Of a stretch of 64,000 nt of DNA, positions 29,794-39,768 are shown in pieces. The DNA is from Candidatus Amesbacteria bacterium GW2011_GWC2_45_19. Its GTDB lineage: Bacteria; Patescibacteriota; Microgenomatia; CAZETR01; Amesbacteraceae. The stretch is taken from NCBI GenBank assembly GCA_001001555.1, contig LCKS01000002.1:7074-71073 (forward strand). Reading direction: 5' to 3'. Both the position numbers and the translations under genes were made by a program. The notes beneath the pieces were generated by a model, which did not search any database, was not told where the DNA came from, and saw only the letters and a program-made list of their open reading frames with translations. Positions within the stretch are counted from its first letter, which is position 1. Each line of letters opens with the position of its first letter.

Positions 29794-30039
29794 GTGGCGC
29801 ACACCAAAACTGGGGGTTCTACCAGACAAAAAGGAAACCGCAGAGGGAAACGCTTGGGCGTTAAAATTTTTGGCGGTCAAAAGGTTTCTGCCGGAAACAT
29901 TTTAGTTCGCCAAAACGGCACCCGCTTTCACCCGGGTGACGGGGTTCAAGTAGGCCGTGATTTCACTCTAACTGCGTTAAAAGCTGGAGTATTGCGTTTC
30001 TATAAAAGATTCAGTAAGCAATATATTTCTGTACAATAA
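29794..30039 (+). CDS. rpmA: 50S ribosomal protein L27
   Basis: [10 protein letters not shown]...[30 protein letters not shown]. Confidence 0.97.
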   Translation: MAHTKTGGSTRQKGNRRGKRLGVKIFGGQKVSAGNILVRQNGTRFHPGDGVQVGRDFTLTALKAGVLRFYKRFSKQYISVQ

Positions 30040-30043
30040 AATA

Positions 30044-30868
30044 ATGAATCAGCAAGTCATTGACCTAGACATCGATTCTTTGCAGGCTAATCCTCTGCAG
30101 CCCAGAGGCATTATTACCCCGGAATCTTTAGTCGACTTGGTCGATTCGGTACGGGAGCACGGTATTTTAGAGCCGTTAGTCGCGGCCAAAACTCCGGCCG
30201 GATACCAGATTATTGCCGGGGAGCGGAGATGGAGAGCTGCCAAATTAGCCGGCCTGAAAACCGTTCCGGTGATCATCAAAGAGACTACCCCCCAAGGAAT
30301 GTTGGAAATGGCCATTGTCGAGAACGTCCAGCGCACTGACCTAAACGCCATTGACCGGGCCAAAGCCTTTGAAAGACTAATTAGTGAATTCGGCCTAGGT
30401 AACAGTGAAATAGCCCAACGGATTGGTAAAAGTCCATCCTATGTCAGTAATTCTCTGCGCCTTCTCACTCTCCCCGACGCCCTGAAAGATGGTCTGCTGA
30501 CCGGGCTGATATCCGAAGGCCATGCTAGGGCTTTGGCTGCCATTGACGACAATCGTTTGATAGTCGAAGCCTACAAGATTATTCTGCGCGAATCCGGTTC
30601 AGTCCGCCGGGCAGAAGAGCTGGCCCGTAGAATGCGGATTCAAGCCGGCCACAAGCCCAGCGGGAAAGCGGCTAAGGCTCCACACGAGGTCAGCGAGGAA
30701 ATAGATCGCCTGCGCGATGAAATCCAAGAGGTGCTGGGCGGAAGACCCGCCAACATCGTCCGCCTTTCCCGCTCCCGGGCTGAAACCAGACTGACCATCA
30801 TTCTCAAAGGCACGTTACCAGAAACTGAAGACCGTCTGCAAAAAATTTACAAAGGTATCAAAAGTTAA
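30044..30868 (+). CDS. parB: ParB/Spo0J partition protein
   Basis: NPLQPR, HGILEPL, IIAGERRWRAA, ENVQRTDL, HTH, ISEGHARAL. Confidence 0.95.
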   Translation: MNQQVIDLDIDSLQANPLQPRGIITPESLVDLVDSVREHGILEPLVAAKTPAGYQIIAGERRWRAAKLAGLKTVPVIIKETTPQGMLEMAIVENVQRTDLNAIDRAKAFERLISEFGLGNSEIAQRIGKSPSYVSNSLRLLTLPDALKDGLLTGLISEGHARALAAIDDNRLIVEAYKIILRESGSVRRAEELARRMRIQAGHKPSGKAAKAPHEVSEEIDRLRDEIQEVLGGRPANIVRLSRSRAETRLTIILKGTLPETEDRLQKIYKGIKS

Positions 30869-31367
30869 GCGGCCAATACTTAATCCAGAACTTCCCCACA
30901 ATTGCCTTTTTGGAAATAGGTCCAAACTCCCGGGAATCCGAACTGTAATTCCGGTTATCTCCGAATATCATGTAATATCCGGCCGGGATCTGATACGGAA
31001 CGCCTTCACGCAGAAAAGATTTTTCTAAAGTTTGGTATGTGGCTGGCAAATATGCTTCCGGCAGCCGCTGCCCGTTAATAAAAACATATCCATTCTTAAC
31101 CACAATCGTCTCTCCGGGTAAACCAATTACTCTTTTAATATAGTCGCTGTTGGCCGGCGGAGGAGCCCGAAACACCACCACGTCACCCCGTTGCGGGTCG
31201 CCTTTTCTGTAACTGACTTTATCCGTCAATATATATTCCTTATCATGAAAGTTGGGATACATCGAATTTCCGTCCACCTTGTGCGGCTGAAGCAGGAACA
31301 GATAGATCATCATGAAGACGGCAAATGCCATCACCACCGGCTGCAAACCGTCCAGGAGCTTCTTCAT
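30858..31367 (-). CDS. lepB: Signal peptidase I
   Basis: GNSMYPNF, RGDVVVF, YIKRVIGLPG, GDNRNYSSDSREFG. Confidence 0.95.
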   Translation of the reverse strand: MKKLLDGLQPVVMAFAVFMMIYLFLLQPHKVDGNSMYPNFHDKEYILTDKVSYRKGDPQRGDVVVFRAPPPANSDYIKRVIGLPGETIVVKNGYVFINGQRLPEAYLPATYQTLEKSFLREGVPYQIPAGYYMIFGDNRNYSSDSREFGPISKKAIVGKFWIKYWPLNF

Positions 31368-31405
31368 AGATTCATTATGGAGTCCGTGTTAAAATTTGTC
31401 TACGG

Positions 31406-31482
31406 GGACTCGTGGCGCAGCTGGTCAGCGCGTTTCGTTGACATCGAAAAGGTCAGAGGTTCGAATCCTCTCGAGTCCACCA
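31406..31482 (+). tRNA. tRNA-Val(GAC)
   Basis: GGACTCG/CGAGTCC acceptor stem, TTTCG-TTGACAT-CGAAA anticodon arm, GGTTCGAATCC, encoded CCA. Confidence 0.96.
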
Positions 31483-31486
31483 AAAT

Positions 31487-31852
31487 TCACCAACAAAAGA
31501 TCCAGAAACAGCGCCTTTGCTTTGAGGCGCCTAAGACTTCGGGAACATTAATTTCCCAGTGTTCCGGCTCGGACCAATATTTTCCCTTCCCGTATTTAAG
31601 ATGCACGTATTGCCGGCCGGGAGCCACATTTCGGAAGACATAAAAATTATTATAGGTATCCACCAGTGAGTCGGGTTTACTGAATTCATAATCATTCAGC
31701 GCTAAACTAAATCCCGTGTTGGGAAAGCTATCCCAGAACATATACACTGTATCAGATCCATAGCTAAAAGTTACTTGGGGACGAGCAAGTACCGGAGAAG
31801 CTAAGGCTAAACCAATCAACAAACACGCAAAAAGAAAAACTATCTTTTTCGT
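31487..31852 (-). CDS. Small secreted hypothetical protein
   Basis: ORF track start is 31822, but the frame extends to ACG at 31852, giving the signal peptide xKKIVFLFACLLIGLALASPVLA. The C-terminus has the EVLGA motif. Confidence 0.6.
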   Translation of the reverse strand, partial: TKKIVFLFACLLIGLALASPVLARPQVTFSYGSDTVYMFWDSFPNTGFSLALNDYEFSKPDSLVDTYNNFYVFRNVAPGRQYVHLKYGKGKYWSEPEHWEINVPEVLGASKQRRCFWIFCW

Positions 31853-31879
31853 ATACCCCCGTTTATACTCCCTTCAATT

Positions 31880-34138
31880 TTAATTTGCAAATTGGTCTGC
31901 TCTTTGTTGATACACATCTTGTTTAACTAGCCGTAGCCCTTCTTTAATCTGTTGCCGTAAGTCCGCGGCCATGTCCGCCCACGGACCCCGACCCGTCTTG
32001 GCCACCAGCGCGTCAATGGTCCGGTACAGCCGATTCATCCGGGCGTCAAATTTGGCCGCCGTATTCACTTTGGTCTGGCCGATATCTGCCACATAGCTTT
32101 TAATCCGGGCCAAATCCTGCAGCAGAATTCTTCTGGCCGGCAATTTAAGGGCGCTGGCGCCAACCGCCGTCTTTAATGTTTCCAGCCTGGCCTGGGCGTT
32201 GTCCAGCGGGGTATCCCCCAAATTGGCCTGACTTAATTGCACTCCAAATTGATGTTGGTCTGTCTGTCCGCTGGCTACGCTGTCACTCACTTCCTGCCAG
32301 GCTTCGTCGTCGCCTTTGATCCGGCCGAAATACAGAGTGTAATTTCCTCCCCCGCCGGCGGGCGAGACGGTAACTTGATAATCGCCATCGGCCGGATTAC
32401 TAATGACCACAATTCCGTCTTCCGGCAAAAAAGTCCCCCCGGGTCCGCTGACTTGGAAATCAACCGGGGAGGCAGTAGTGACTATAATAGCACTGTCGTA
32501 GTTCGGCTGATTAACATCTTGACCGCTGGCCGGCAAGCCCAACATCTCCAGAATTTTCTTTTGGGAAATCTCTTTGGAAATAATTTCAGTATGATTTTTG
32601 CCAGATAGTTCATCGTTTACAGGTGCTCCGCTAATCTGACTGCTGGATAACAATACCGCCCCGTCTCCATTGTCATATTCTTTCTGGCCGGTAGGTTTGC
32701 CGTCCACCCATCTACCCGTCAATATATCAGCCAGGCTTCTAGGCTCGACCTGAATAAACTTTACTGTATTTCCCCAATTGCTGGATAAAGTCTGCAATTT
32801 AGCCAAAATACTTCCCAGTTGGGAATCTAAACCGGGAAGGAAATTGTTTGTCCAAGTTAGCCCCGCAATTGGCTTTATTGACCCATCCCGATTTTTCAAA
32901 AATTCATAGATTGGTAGGACATTTCTTAAAGCAGGAAATAAAGCTTGTACCTCGGCCACTTCCGTATCATATTGATCTCTGTTTACGCGCAACAGCAGTT
33001 TCATGGCCAGTTTTTGCCACCCCGTAAACCCTTGCGGGTTTGCTCCCTCCCACAAGTAAAAAGCTTCGCCCACTCCCCGGTGCGGACTGCCCACAGTTAA
33101 TAATTTATCAATCTTTTCGGGATTAGATTGGGCATAGGCGCGGGCCACCAGACCTCCCAGGCTATGCCCTACCAAATTAACTTGGCCAGAGGATATACGG
33201 TCGGAAATAAACTGGGCTAAATTATTTGCCGTGTCTGACGCATTTCGTCGCCAATCATATGCGTACACCCATAAATTTGTATTTTGGATATAACCGGCCG
33301 CCTCCAACGCCGAAATTAATCCGTTATAGACTTTCACATAGGGGGCAATTTTCCAATCCGTATCCGGTACATTTACTCCGTGCACTAACGCCTCATAATT
33401 CCAGCCAGCCCCCATCCCAGGAATTAAAATAATAGGAGTTAAAGGAGTAGGAGTGGGGGTGGGAGTGGGCACCGGGTCCAAACTCCTTACCACCACATTA
33501 TCAAACCAAACTTCAGAATCTGGATCAGTCCCCACACTGGCTTGAAAACCGATGGTACCGCCACCAAAGTAAGGAGGTGAGTCTGCTAATTCCCAAACTT
33601 GAATATCGTTAATGAATATCTTGATTACAATATTAGAAAATTCTATTCGAAAATGATATGTTTGGTTATCCTGAAAGGAATACGAGGATTTTTCTAACCT
33701 ATAATAACCGTCAACAACTTTTTGAAACCACATATCAGAACCATAAAATTTCAAATCATACCAATTCGAAGGGTTTAAATACTTAAAAATTATGTTTCTG
33801 TCGGCAATAACAGTATTTGTAAATTCCATATCAAAACTATAGGAGTATCCCATCCCTTCAGTAAAATTAAAATTATTAGGAATAAGCTCAGTCACACATC
33901 CGGGACCATCTATTTTAATACCCACTCTACCATTTTCCGCTTTCCAAGTAGTTGGATTACTTTGATATAAGCAAGGCAAACTTGGGGCTGACCATTGCAT
34001 ATTACGAGCGACCGTCCAGTCAGATATATCGTTATCATTAAAATTGTCTTGGAAGTAAATGATGCTTGCGTTGATACTCTTTGGAAAAACAAAGGCGAAA
34101 GAAATACTCACTAAAACGACAACCCCAACTCTGACCAT
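31880..34138 (-). CDS. Secreted protein: lectin-like beta-sandwich, PT linker and PGAP1/LCAT-like alpha/beta hydrolase
   Basis: FQDNF...WFDNVVV domain, PTPTPTPTP, PIILIPGMG, YDWR, GHSLGG nucleophile elbow, GSPHRG, GDGAV, HTEI. Confidence 0.8.
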   Translation of the reverse strand: MVRVGVVVLVSISFAFVFPKSINASIIYFQDNFNDNDISDWTVARNMQWSAPSLPCLYQSNPTTWKAENGRVGIKIDGPGCVTELIPNNFNFTEGMGYSYSFDMEFTNTVIADRNIIFKYLNPSNWYDLKFYGSDMWFQKVVDGYYRLEKSSYSFQDNQTYHFRIEFSNIVIKIFINDIQVWELADSPPYFGGGTIGFQASVGTDPDSEVWFDNVVVRSLDPVPTPTPTPTPLTPIILIPGMGAGWNYEALVHGVNVPDTDWKIAPYVKVYNGLISALEAAGYIQNTNLWVYAYDWRRNASDTANNLAQFISDRISSGQVNLVGHSLGGLVARAYAQSNPEKIDKLLTVGSPHRGVGEAFYLWEGANPQGFTGWQKLAMKLLLRVNRDQYDTEVAEVQALFPALRNVLPIYEFLKNRDGSIKPIAGLTWTNNFLPGLDSQLGSILAKLQTLSSNWGNTVKFIQVEPRSLADILTGRWVDGKPTGQKEYDNGDGAVLLSSSQISGAPVNDELSGKNHTEIISKEISQKKILEMLGLPASGQDVNQPNYDSAIIVTTASPVDFQVSGPGGTFLPEDGIVVISNPADGDYQVTVSPAGGGGNYTLYFGRIKGDDEAWQEVSDSVASGQTDQHQFGVQLSQANLGDTPLDNAQARLETLKTAVGASALKLPARRILLQDLARIKSYVADIGQTKVNTAAKFDARMNRLYRTIDALVAKTGRGPWADMAADLRQQIKEGLRLVKQDVYQQRADQFAN

Positions 34139-34203
34139 CCTACTATACAACGACCAAACTTCCACAACTGCACTATACCTTATAGGGCCTTACTCGTGTC
34201 AAG

Positions 34204-34971
34204 ATGGTAAAATTACGATTGATGGATAAACAATATAATGAGTTTCACAAAAAATCCAAGATTCAGAAAAAACCGATCAAGAGAAATAACTTTACGTACA
34301 GGCTAATCATTAGAGAAGTAGAAAAGATATTGCTTAAGATAAAGAGGAATAATGTCATAATTTTGGATTACGGATGTGGTATAGGAACTTTGGCTTTTTA
34401 CCTTGCTTCAAAAGGATACAATATTACCGGTGTTGACGTATCTCCCCTGTCAATCAGATTGTGTAATAAAAGTGCTAAAGAGATGAATCTAAGTGGTCTG
34501 GCTAAATTTAACTTAAATAAGGATTTTTTGAAGAAGTTAAAAAAAACAAGCGGTAAATTTGACTTAATAATTTGTTCCGAAGTAATTGAACACGTTCAAA
34601 ATGATATCAAGTTACTGAAAAAATTATCAGGAATTCTGAATAAAGGAGGATATTTTCTTTTGACAACTCCTAGCAAAAACGCCCCATTGTTTAAAATGGG
34701 ACTTGCTAAATTGTTTGACATAAGAGTGGGACATTTACGGCGATATACAGAAAAAGACCTGACCAAGAAAGTCGAAAAAGCAAGTTTCAAAATAATCAAA
34801 GTTATAAAGACCGAGGGAATTATTAGGAATTCATTATTTTTGTTCCCCATATTTGGGAATTTAGTCCGATTTATAAAAGGACCAATCTCAGATATAGTAA
34901 CTTTTGTTGATAAAATATCTTTAAAATTGTTTGGAGAATCGGATATTTATGTTGTATGTCAGAAGCCATGA
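34204..34971 (+). CDS. Class I SAM-dependent methyltransferase
   Basis: ILDYGCGIG, FDLIICSEVIEHV, GHLRRY. AT-rich. Confidence 0.9.
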   Translation: MVKLRLMDKQYNEFHKKSKIQKKPIKRNNFTYRLIIREVEKILLKIKRNNVIILDYGCGIGTLAFYLASKGYNITGVDVSPLSIRLCNKSAKEMNLSGLAKFNLNKDFLKKLKKTSGKFDLIICSEVIEHVQNDIKLLKKLSGILNKGGYFLLTTPSKNAPLFKMGLAKLFDIRVGHLRRYTEKDLTKKVEKASFKIIKVIKTEGIIRNSLFLFPIFGNLVRFIKGPISDIVTFVDKISLKLFGESDIYVVCQKP

Positions 34972-35773
34972 AGGTATTGATGATGACCAGGTTGTATTGG
35001 CCCCATGTAGGTGGAGTAGAGAAGCATGTGGAGAAAATAACTGAAATTTTGAAAAAGAAGCACCAAATAACTATTGTTTGTGAAAAACACGATCCCAAAC
35101 TGCCAGATTATGAAAATGATAGGGGAGTGATAATTTACAGAATTGGGGGATCGGACAAATGGGCCATTTGGAAATGGTGGTTTAGGCATTTGAACCTCAT
35201 AAATGACGCAGATATTATTCACATTCACGACGTTTTCTTCTGGTTTTTACCATTTAGACTCCCCTACTGGTTCAAAAAAGTTTTTATCACTTTCCACGGC
35301 TGGGAAGGCATATACCCCCTGCCCCGGAAAAACATAATTGTTCGTAAATTCAGCGAATGGATGGCCAATGGCAATATCTGCGTAGGTGAATTTATCAAAA
35401 AATATTATGGCACCAAATCCGATTATGTCATCTATGGAGCGGCAGAAAAAATCAAATACCCAAAAGTAAAAAGGCAAGGGGCAATTTTTGTGGGCCATCC
35501 GGACGCGGATCAAGGGCTGGATTATTACTAAAATTGGATATATTCACCGACGATCCCGATGCCGGCAAATATTTTTATAAATACAAATACGCTTTTGTCT
35601 CCGGTTATTTATCTATTCTTGAAGCTATGGCTCAAAATACGCCGGTTTTTACCCATTATGACAATCCGCTAAAATACGACTATCTAAATATGACACCGTT
35701 TAAAGACAAAAATTTTAAAATACCCGGCTGGTTAGAAGTAGCCGATATTTACGAAAAACTATGGCAAAAATGA
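34968..35773 (+). pseudogene. Glycosyltransferase family 4 split by a frameshift near 35529
   Basis: N-part (HVGGVEKHV, FITFHGWEG) stops at 35531. C-part (SGYLSILEAMA) continues in another frame from 35534. Confidence 0.7.
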
Positions 35774-36738
35774 CCGAACGCACAAGGAGAGACCTTGTGC
35801 GCGTGACGGTGGTGGTTACGGTTTTGAATGAAGAAGCCACAATCAAGTTTCTTTTGGATGCTTTGATTAGACAAACCAGAAAGTCCGATGAAATTATTAT
35901 CGTCGACGGCGGGTCAACAGATCGCACCGTGGAAAAGATTAAGAAATATAAAGAGATTAAGTTACTAAGAAAATCTGGAAATAGGTCGGTAGGCAGAAAT
36001 TACGGCATGAGCCAGTCTAAGGGCAACATCATCGCCTTTACCGACGCTGGTTGCATCCCCGAACTAAATTGGCTCGCAGAACTAATTAAACCTTTTTATA
36101 AAAAACTCCCCTCTCCTGGCCAACGGCCCGAGCGAAGCGAGAATTTAGGAGAGGGGCAGGGGGTGAGGTACGGGAGAGTGGAGGTTGTTTCTGGCTACTA
36201 CAAAGGTCTTTCTCAAAATATTTTTGAGAAATGTTTGGTCCCTTATGTCTTGGTCATGCCGGATAAAATCCCGGCTGAATTTTCCCCTTCCACCCGCTCC
36301 ATGGCCATGCGCAAAGGAGTGGGACTCTTCGATGAAAAGCTAAGCCATAACGAAGACTATGCTTTTGCCGTGGCGTTGAGAAAAAAAGGCCTGGAATTTT
36401 ATTTCGCCCCCAAAGCAATGGTGGGCTGGATGCCGTGTAAAAATTTGCGCCAGGCGGCCTGGATGTGGTTGCGCTTTGCCATAGGCGACGCCCAGGCCGG
36501 AATTTTGCGCCCCAAAGTCAAACTCTTATTCCTGCGCTATTATGTATTTTTCTTCCTCTTTTTCCTTAATCACTTATTTATCTTAATCTCTTTTCCCTAC
36601 TTGCTTTGGGCCGTGGCTAAAAATTACCGCTACGTCAAAGATCTGCGGGCGTTTTTCTGGCTGCCCGTACTGCAGCTGACTACGGATATGTGCGTCATAT
36701 TTGGTACTATTATGGGAGTCTTGTCCCGATCTAAATGA
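35761..36738 (+). CDS. Glycosyltransferase family 2
   Basis: VTVLNEE, IVDGGSTD, GRNYG, AFTDAGC, NEDY. Contains two in-frame palindromic inserts. Confidence 0.9.
   Translation: MAKMTERTRRDLVRVTVVVTVLNEEATIKFLLDALIRQTRKSDEIIIVDGGSTDRTVEKIKKYKEIKLLRKSGNRSVGRNYGMSQSKGNIIAFTDAGCIPELNWLAELIKPFYKKLPSPGQRPERSENLGEGQGVRYGRVEVVSGYYKGLSQNIFEKCLVPYVLVMPDKIPAEFSPSTRSMAMRKGVGLFDEKLSHNEDYAFAVALRKKGLEFYFAPKAMVGWMPCKNLRQAAWMWLRFAIGDAQAGILRPKVKLLFLRYYVFFFLFFLNHLFILISFPYLLWAVAKNYRYVKDLRAFFWLPVLQLTTDMCVIFGTIMGVLSRSK
36108..36170. repeat. In-frame palindromic element (CCCTCTCCT family) inside the GT2 gene
   Basis: CCCCTCTCCT...AGGAGAGGGGCAGGGGGTGAGGTA, translated as PSPGQRPERSENLGEGQGVR. Confidence 0.8.
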
Positions 36739-37949
36739 ACTACTTAAAAAAAGCTGTTTCAGGCATTTATTGGACCGGCGCTCTTCGCGCTTGTTTACGC
36801 GGCTTCACCATCATTCGAACAGTCATTCTCGCCCGTCTCCTCGTCCCAGCCCAATTCGGCATTTATGGAGTCGCCTCACTTGCCCTGGCAATGCTTGAGA
36901 CCCTAACAGAAACCGGCATCAACGTCTTTTTAATCCAGGAAAAAGACAGCGATAGTTACATCGACACGGCCTGGCTGGTTTCAATCGCTAGAGGGGCCAT
37001 CATTTCTCTCATCCTCATCCTCTCGGGTCATTTTGTTACCTCTTTTTTCAAATCGCCCTCTTCTCTTACCCCCTTACTTTTAATTAGTCTAGTCGCCTTT
37101 ATTCGCGGATTTATCAACCCATCCGTCGTCACTTTCCAAAAAAATCTCACATTCAACAAAGAGTTTCAATTTAGATCGGTGCTTTTTTTAATCGAAGCCT
37201 CTGTAACAGTGGTATCAGCGTTTATAACCAGGTCTGCATCCAGTTTCGTCCATGGGCTTTTAGCTAGTTCAATCTGCGAAGTCGTTTTCTCTTTGATTTA
37301 TATAAAACCCCGCCCTCACTTCAATTTTATTCCGGAAAAACTGCGTCTTATTCTCCATCGCGGCAAATGGCTCACCGCCGCCGGTATTTTTAATTATCTT
37401 TATCACAATCTCGACAATATCGTTGTTGGCCGTCTGCTAGGAGTAGCCCCGCTTGGCCTATACGACACCTCTTATAAAATTTCCAGCCTCCCAATCACTG
37501 AAGTTTCTGAAGTTTTTTCCAAAGTCACCTTTCCTATTTTTTCCCAGATTCAAAACGATACCACTCGGCTATCGCGGGCATACTTCAAATCCACCCTCAC
37601 TTTGTCAGCCTTAGTCATCCCCTTTGGTTTATTGTTGTTTTTCTTTCCTCAAATTATTGTCATTCTCCTCGGTCCCAACTGGCTTCCGGCTGTCCCAGTC
37701 TTGAGACTACTTTCCGTTTACGGCGTAATTAGGTCCATTTCCGGCGCCTCTTCCGCTCTGTTTTTGGCAGTTCACAAGACCAACTATGTTACTTATCTCA
37801 CCTTAGCCAGCATCTTAGGTTTGGGAATATCTATTGTCCCCCTGGTCACGCGTTTTGGCCTTGTTGGGGCCGCCATTTCCGCCATCATCGGCTCATTGGC
37901 CGCCCTTCCCGTCATCTTCTACTGTCTGCGCTTGATCCTTAAATCATGA
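36735..37949 (+). CDS. Wzx-type polysaccharide flippase (MOP superfamily)
   Basis: ILARLLVPAQFG, DNIVVGRLLGVAPLGLY, VTFPIFS, FGLVGAA. Confidence 0.9.
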   Translation: MNYLKKAVSGIYWTGALRACLRGFTIIRTVILARLLVPAQFGIYGVASLALAMLETLTETGINVFLIQEKDSDSYIDTAWLVSIARGAIISLILILSGHFVTSFFKSPSSLTPLLLISLVAFIRGFINPSVVTFQKNLTFNKEFQFRSVLFLIEASVTVVSAFITRSASSFVHGLLASSICEVVFSLIYIKPRPHFNFIPEKLRLILHRGKWLTAAGIFNYLYHNLDNIVVGRLLGVAPLGLYDTSYKISSLPITEVSEVFSKVTFPIFSQIQNDTTRLSRAYFKSTLTLSALVIPFGLLLFFFPQIIVILLGPNWLPAVPVLRLLSVYGVIRSISGASSALFLAVHKTNYVTYLTLASILGLGISIVPLVTRFGLVGAAISAIIGSLAALPVIFYCLRLILKS

Positions 37950-38683
37950 ACATTTTAGGTAGGTTTTTACCGGACCTGTGGTATAGCCCCGCAGACGTCC
38001 TCCTTCGCGCTTCGGAGGTTTTTATTTGGCAGCGGGTCTTGCTAGTTTCGCCCAGCCTGGATATTGGTTGCGGCGACGGCGATATCAGTAAGCGAACCTT
38101 TTCTTTTCCAGATCAAATTGACGTAGGTATTGACCTCCGGCCGGTGGCAACTAGCAATCTTTATCACCAAATGCTCCAGGCAGACGCCACAAAACATCCG
38201 TTTAAAAATTCCAGTTTTCAAACAGTCATAAGTAACAGTACTTTCGAGCATATTAAAGCCGATACCAAAGCTGTTTCAGAAGTCGCCAGAATCCTAAAAC
38301 CCGGCGGCAAATTTTATCTAACCGTCCCCACTCCCCGCCTGCGCCCGTTTCTAAGCAACCAGATTAACGCCCGGGTGGCGCATCTTCATTACCGGTCCGC
38401 CACAGACTGGCAAAAATTATTAGCCAAAAATAATTTGGTCTTAAAAAAGGTCGAGTATTATTTTCCTCCCGCATCCGTTTCCGCTTGGCTTCTGCTCTTC
38501 AAGCTTGCCACCTTCAAAATTTATCATCGCGAACTTTGGTCTTATCTCAAAGATTCTCCATACAGCAGGCTCTTCCCTTCCAGATTTATATCGCAAGTCT
38601 TGAAAATTTATTTATCCAGATATATAGCCACAGATTTTTCGGAAGATGGAACTTGGCAGTTTATTACCGCGGTTAAAAAATGA
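37946..38683 (+). CDS. Class I SAM-dependent methyltransferase
   Basis: LDIGCGDG, SNSTFEHI, RILKPGG. Confidence 0.88.
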   Translation: MNILGRFLPDLWYSPADVLLRASEVFIWQRVLLVSPSLDIGCGDGDISKRTFSFPDQIDVGIDLRPVATSNLYHQMLQADATKHPFKNSSFQTVISNSTFEHIKADTKAVSEVARILKPGGKFYLTVPTPRLRPFLSNQINARVAHLHYRSATDWQKLLAKNNLVLKKVEYYFPPASVSAWLLLFKLATFKIYHRELWSYLKDSPYSRLFPSRFISQVLKIYLSRYIATDFSEDGTWQFITAVKK

Positions 38684-39768
38684 AAATCGCTCTATTTCAT
38701 AATCTTCCACCGGGTGGGGCCAAACGCACAGTCTATGAACAAGTTAAGCATTTAAGTCAAAAACACGAGCTGCGTCTTTTTCAATTATCCAATACCAACG
38801 AGGATTTTTTGTCGCTGTACCCCTTCGTAAAATCAAAAAAAACTTATCCTTTCTCCCTTTCGTCGAACCGTTTACGAGCCGACTATCAGAAATTTTTTGT
38901 CCTGCCCCAAATCCATCGTCGCATGGCTCAAGATACCGAAGGTGCCGACGTCGCCCTCATCCACGCCGACCTCTATACCCAGGCTCCGCACATCTTATGT
39001 TTTCTGAAAATCCCCAGTTTGTATTTTTGCCAGGAAATGCTGCGCATTGCCTACGAACCGGAATTGGCCTTTACCGACCGCGTCTCATTTCCCAAAAGAT
39101 ATTACGAAGTTTTAACGCGCCAAATCAGAAAATTCGTAGACAGGTCAAATGCCCAATCCGCCTCCATGATTTTAACCAACTCCGGTTTTACGGGGGCAAA
39201 AGTGCAAAAAGAATTTAATAGACCGGCCCTTACCTGTCATCTGGGTGTCGATCCCCAGGTTTTTTACCCCCAAGACCTGCCCAAAAAAACCCAGGTTCTC
39301 TTCATCGATCAAAAAGACAAAATTTCCGGTTACGATTTTGTTCTCCAGGTCCTAAACTTAATCCCCCCTCAAAATCGGCCAAAATTAAGGATCCTAAGTT
39401 TTTCCAAAGGCGCGCCGGCCGTTTTGCCCCAAAACATGGCCAAATATTACTCCGAGTCGCTGGCCACCCTCTGTACCAGTTACAACGAACCGTTCGGACT
39501 GGCTCCCATCGAGTCCATGGCCTGCGGAACTCCGGTTTTGGCCGTTAACGATGGCGGATACCAGGAGACGGTTTTAGACGGCCTCACCGGTTGGCTGCTT
39601 CCGCGAGATCCAAAAGCTTTTACCAAAAAAATCGCTTTTTTACATCGTCATCCTCAAAAAGCTCATCAAATGGGTCTTGCCGGTCGAAAACATGTGATCA
39701 AAAACTTTACTTGGGCCAAACATAACTCCATCGTCGAATCAGCCCTATGCCATCTCGCGTCTCGATAA
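38680..39768 (+). CDS. Glycosyltransferase family 4
   Basis: HNLPPGGAKR, EPFGLAPIESMACGTPVLA. Confidence 0.92.
   Translation: MKIALFHNLPPGGAKRTVYEQVKHLSQKHELRLFQLSNTNEDFLSLYPFVKSKKTYPFSLSSNRLRADYQKFFVLPQIHRRMAQDTEGADVALIHADLYTQAPHILCFLKIPSLYFCQEMLRIAYEPELAFTDRVSFPKRYYEVLTRQIRKFVDRSNAQSASMILTNSGFTGAKVQKEFNRPALTCHLGVDPQVFYPQDLPKKTQVLFIDQKDKISGYDFVLQVLNLIPPQNRPKLRILSFSKGAPAVLPQNMAKYYSESLATLCTSYNEPFGLAPIESMACGTPVLAVNDGGYQETVLDGLTGWLLPRDPKAFTKKIAFLHRHPQKAHQMGLAGRKHVIKNFTWAKHNSIVESALCHLASR

Noticed and set aside
33440-33475. GGAGT/GGGGT repeats (also 15250-15270)
   Set aside because: They simply encode Pro-Thr linkers of secreted proteins.
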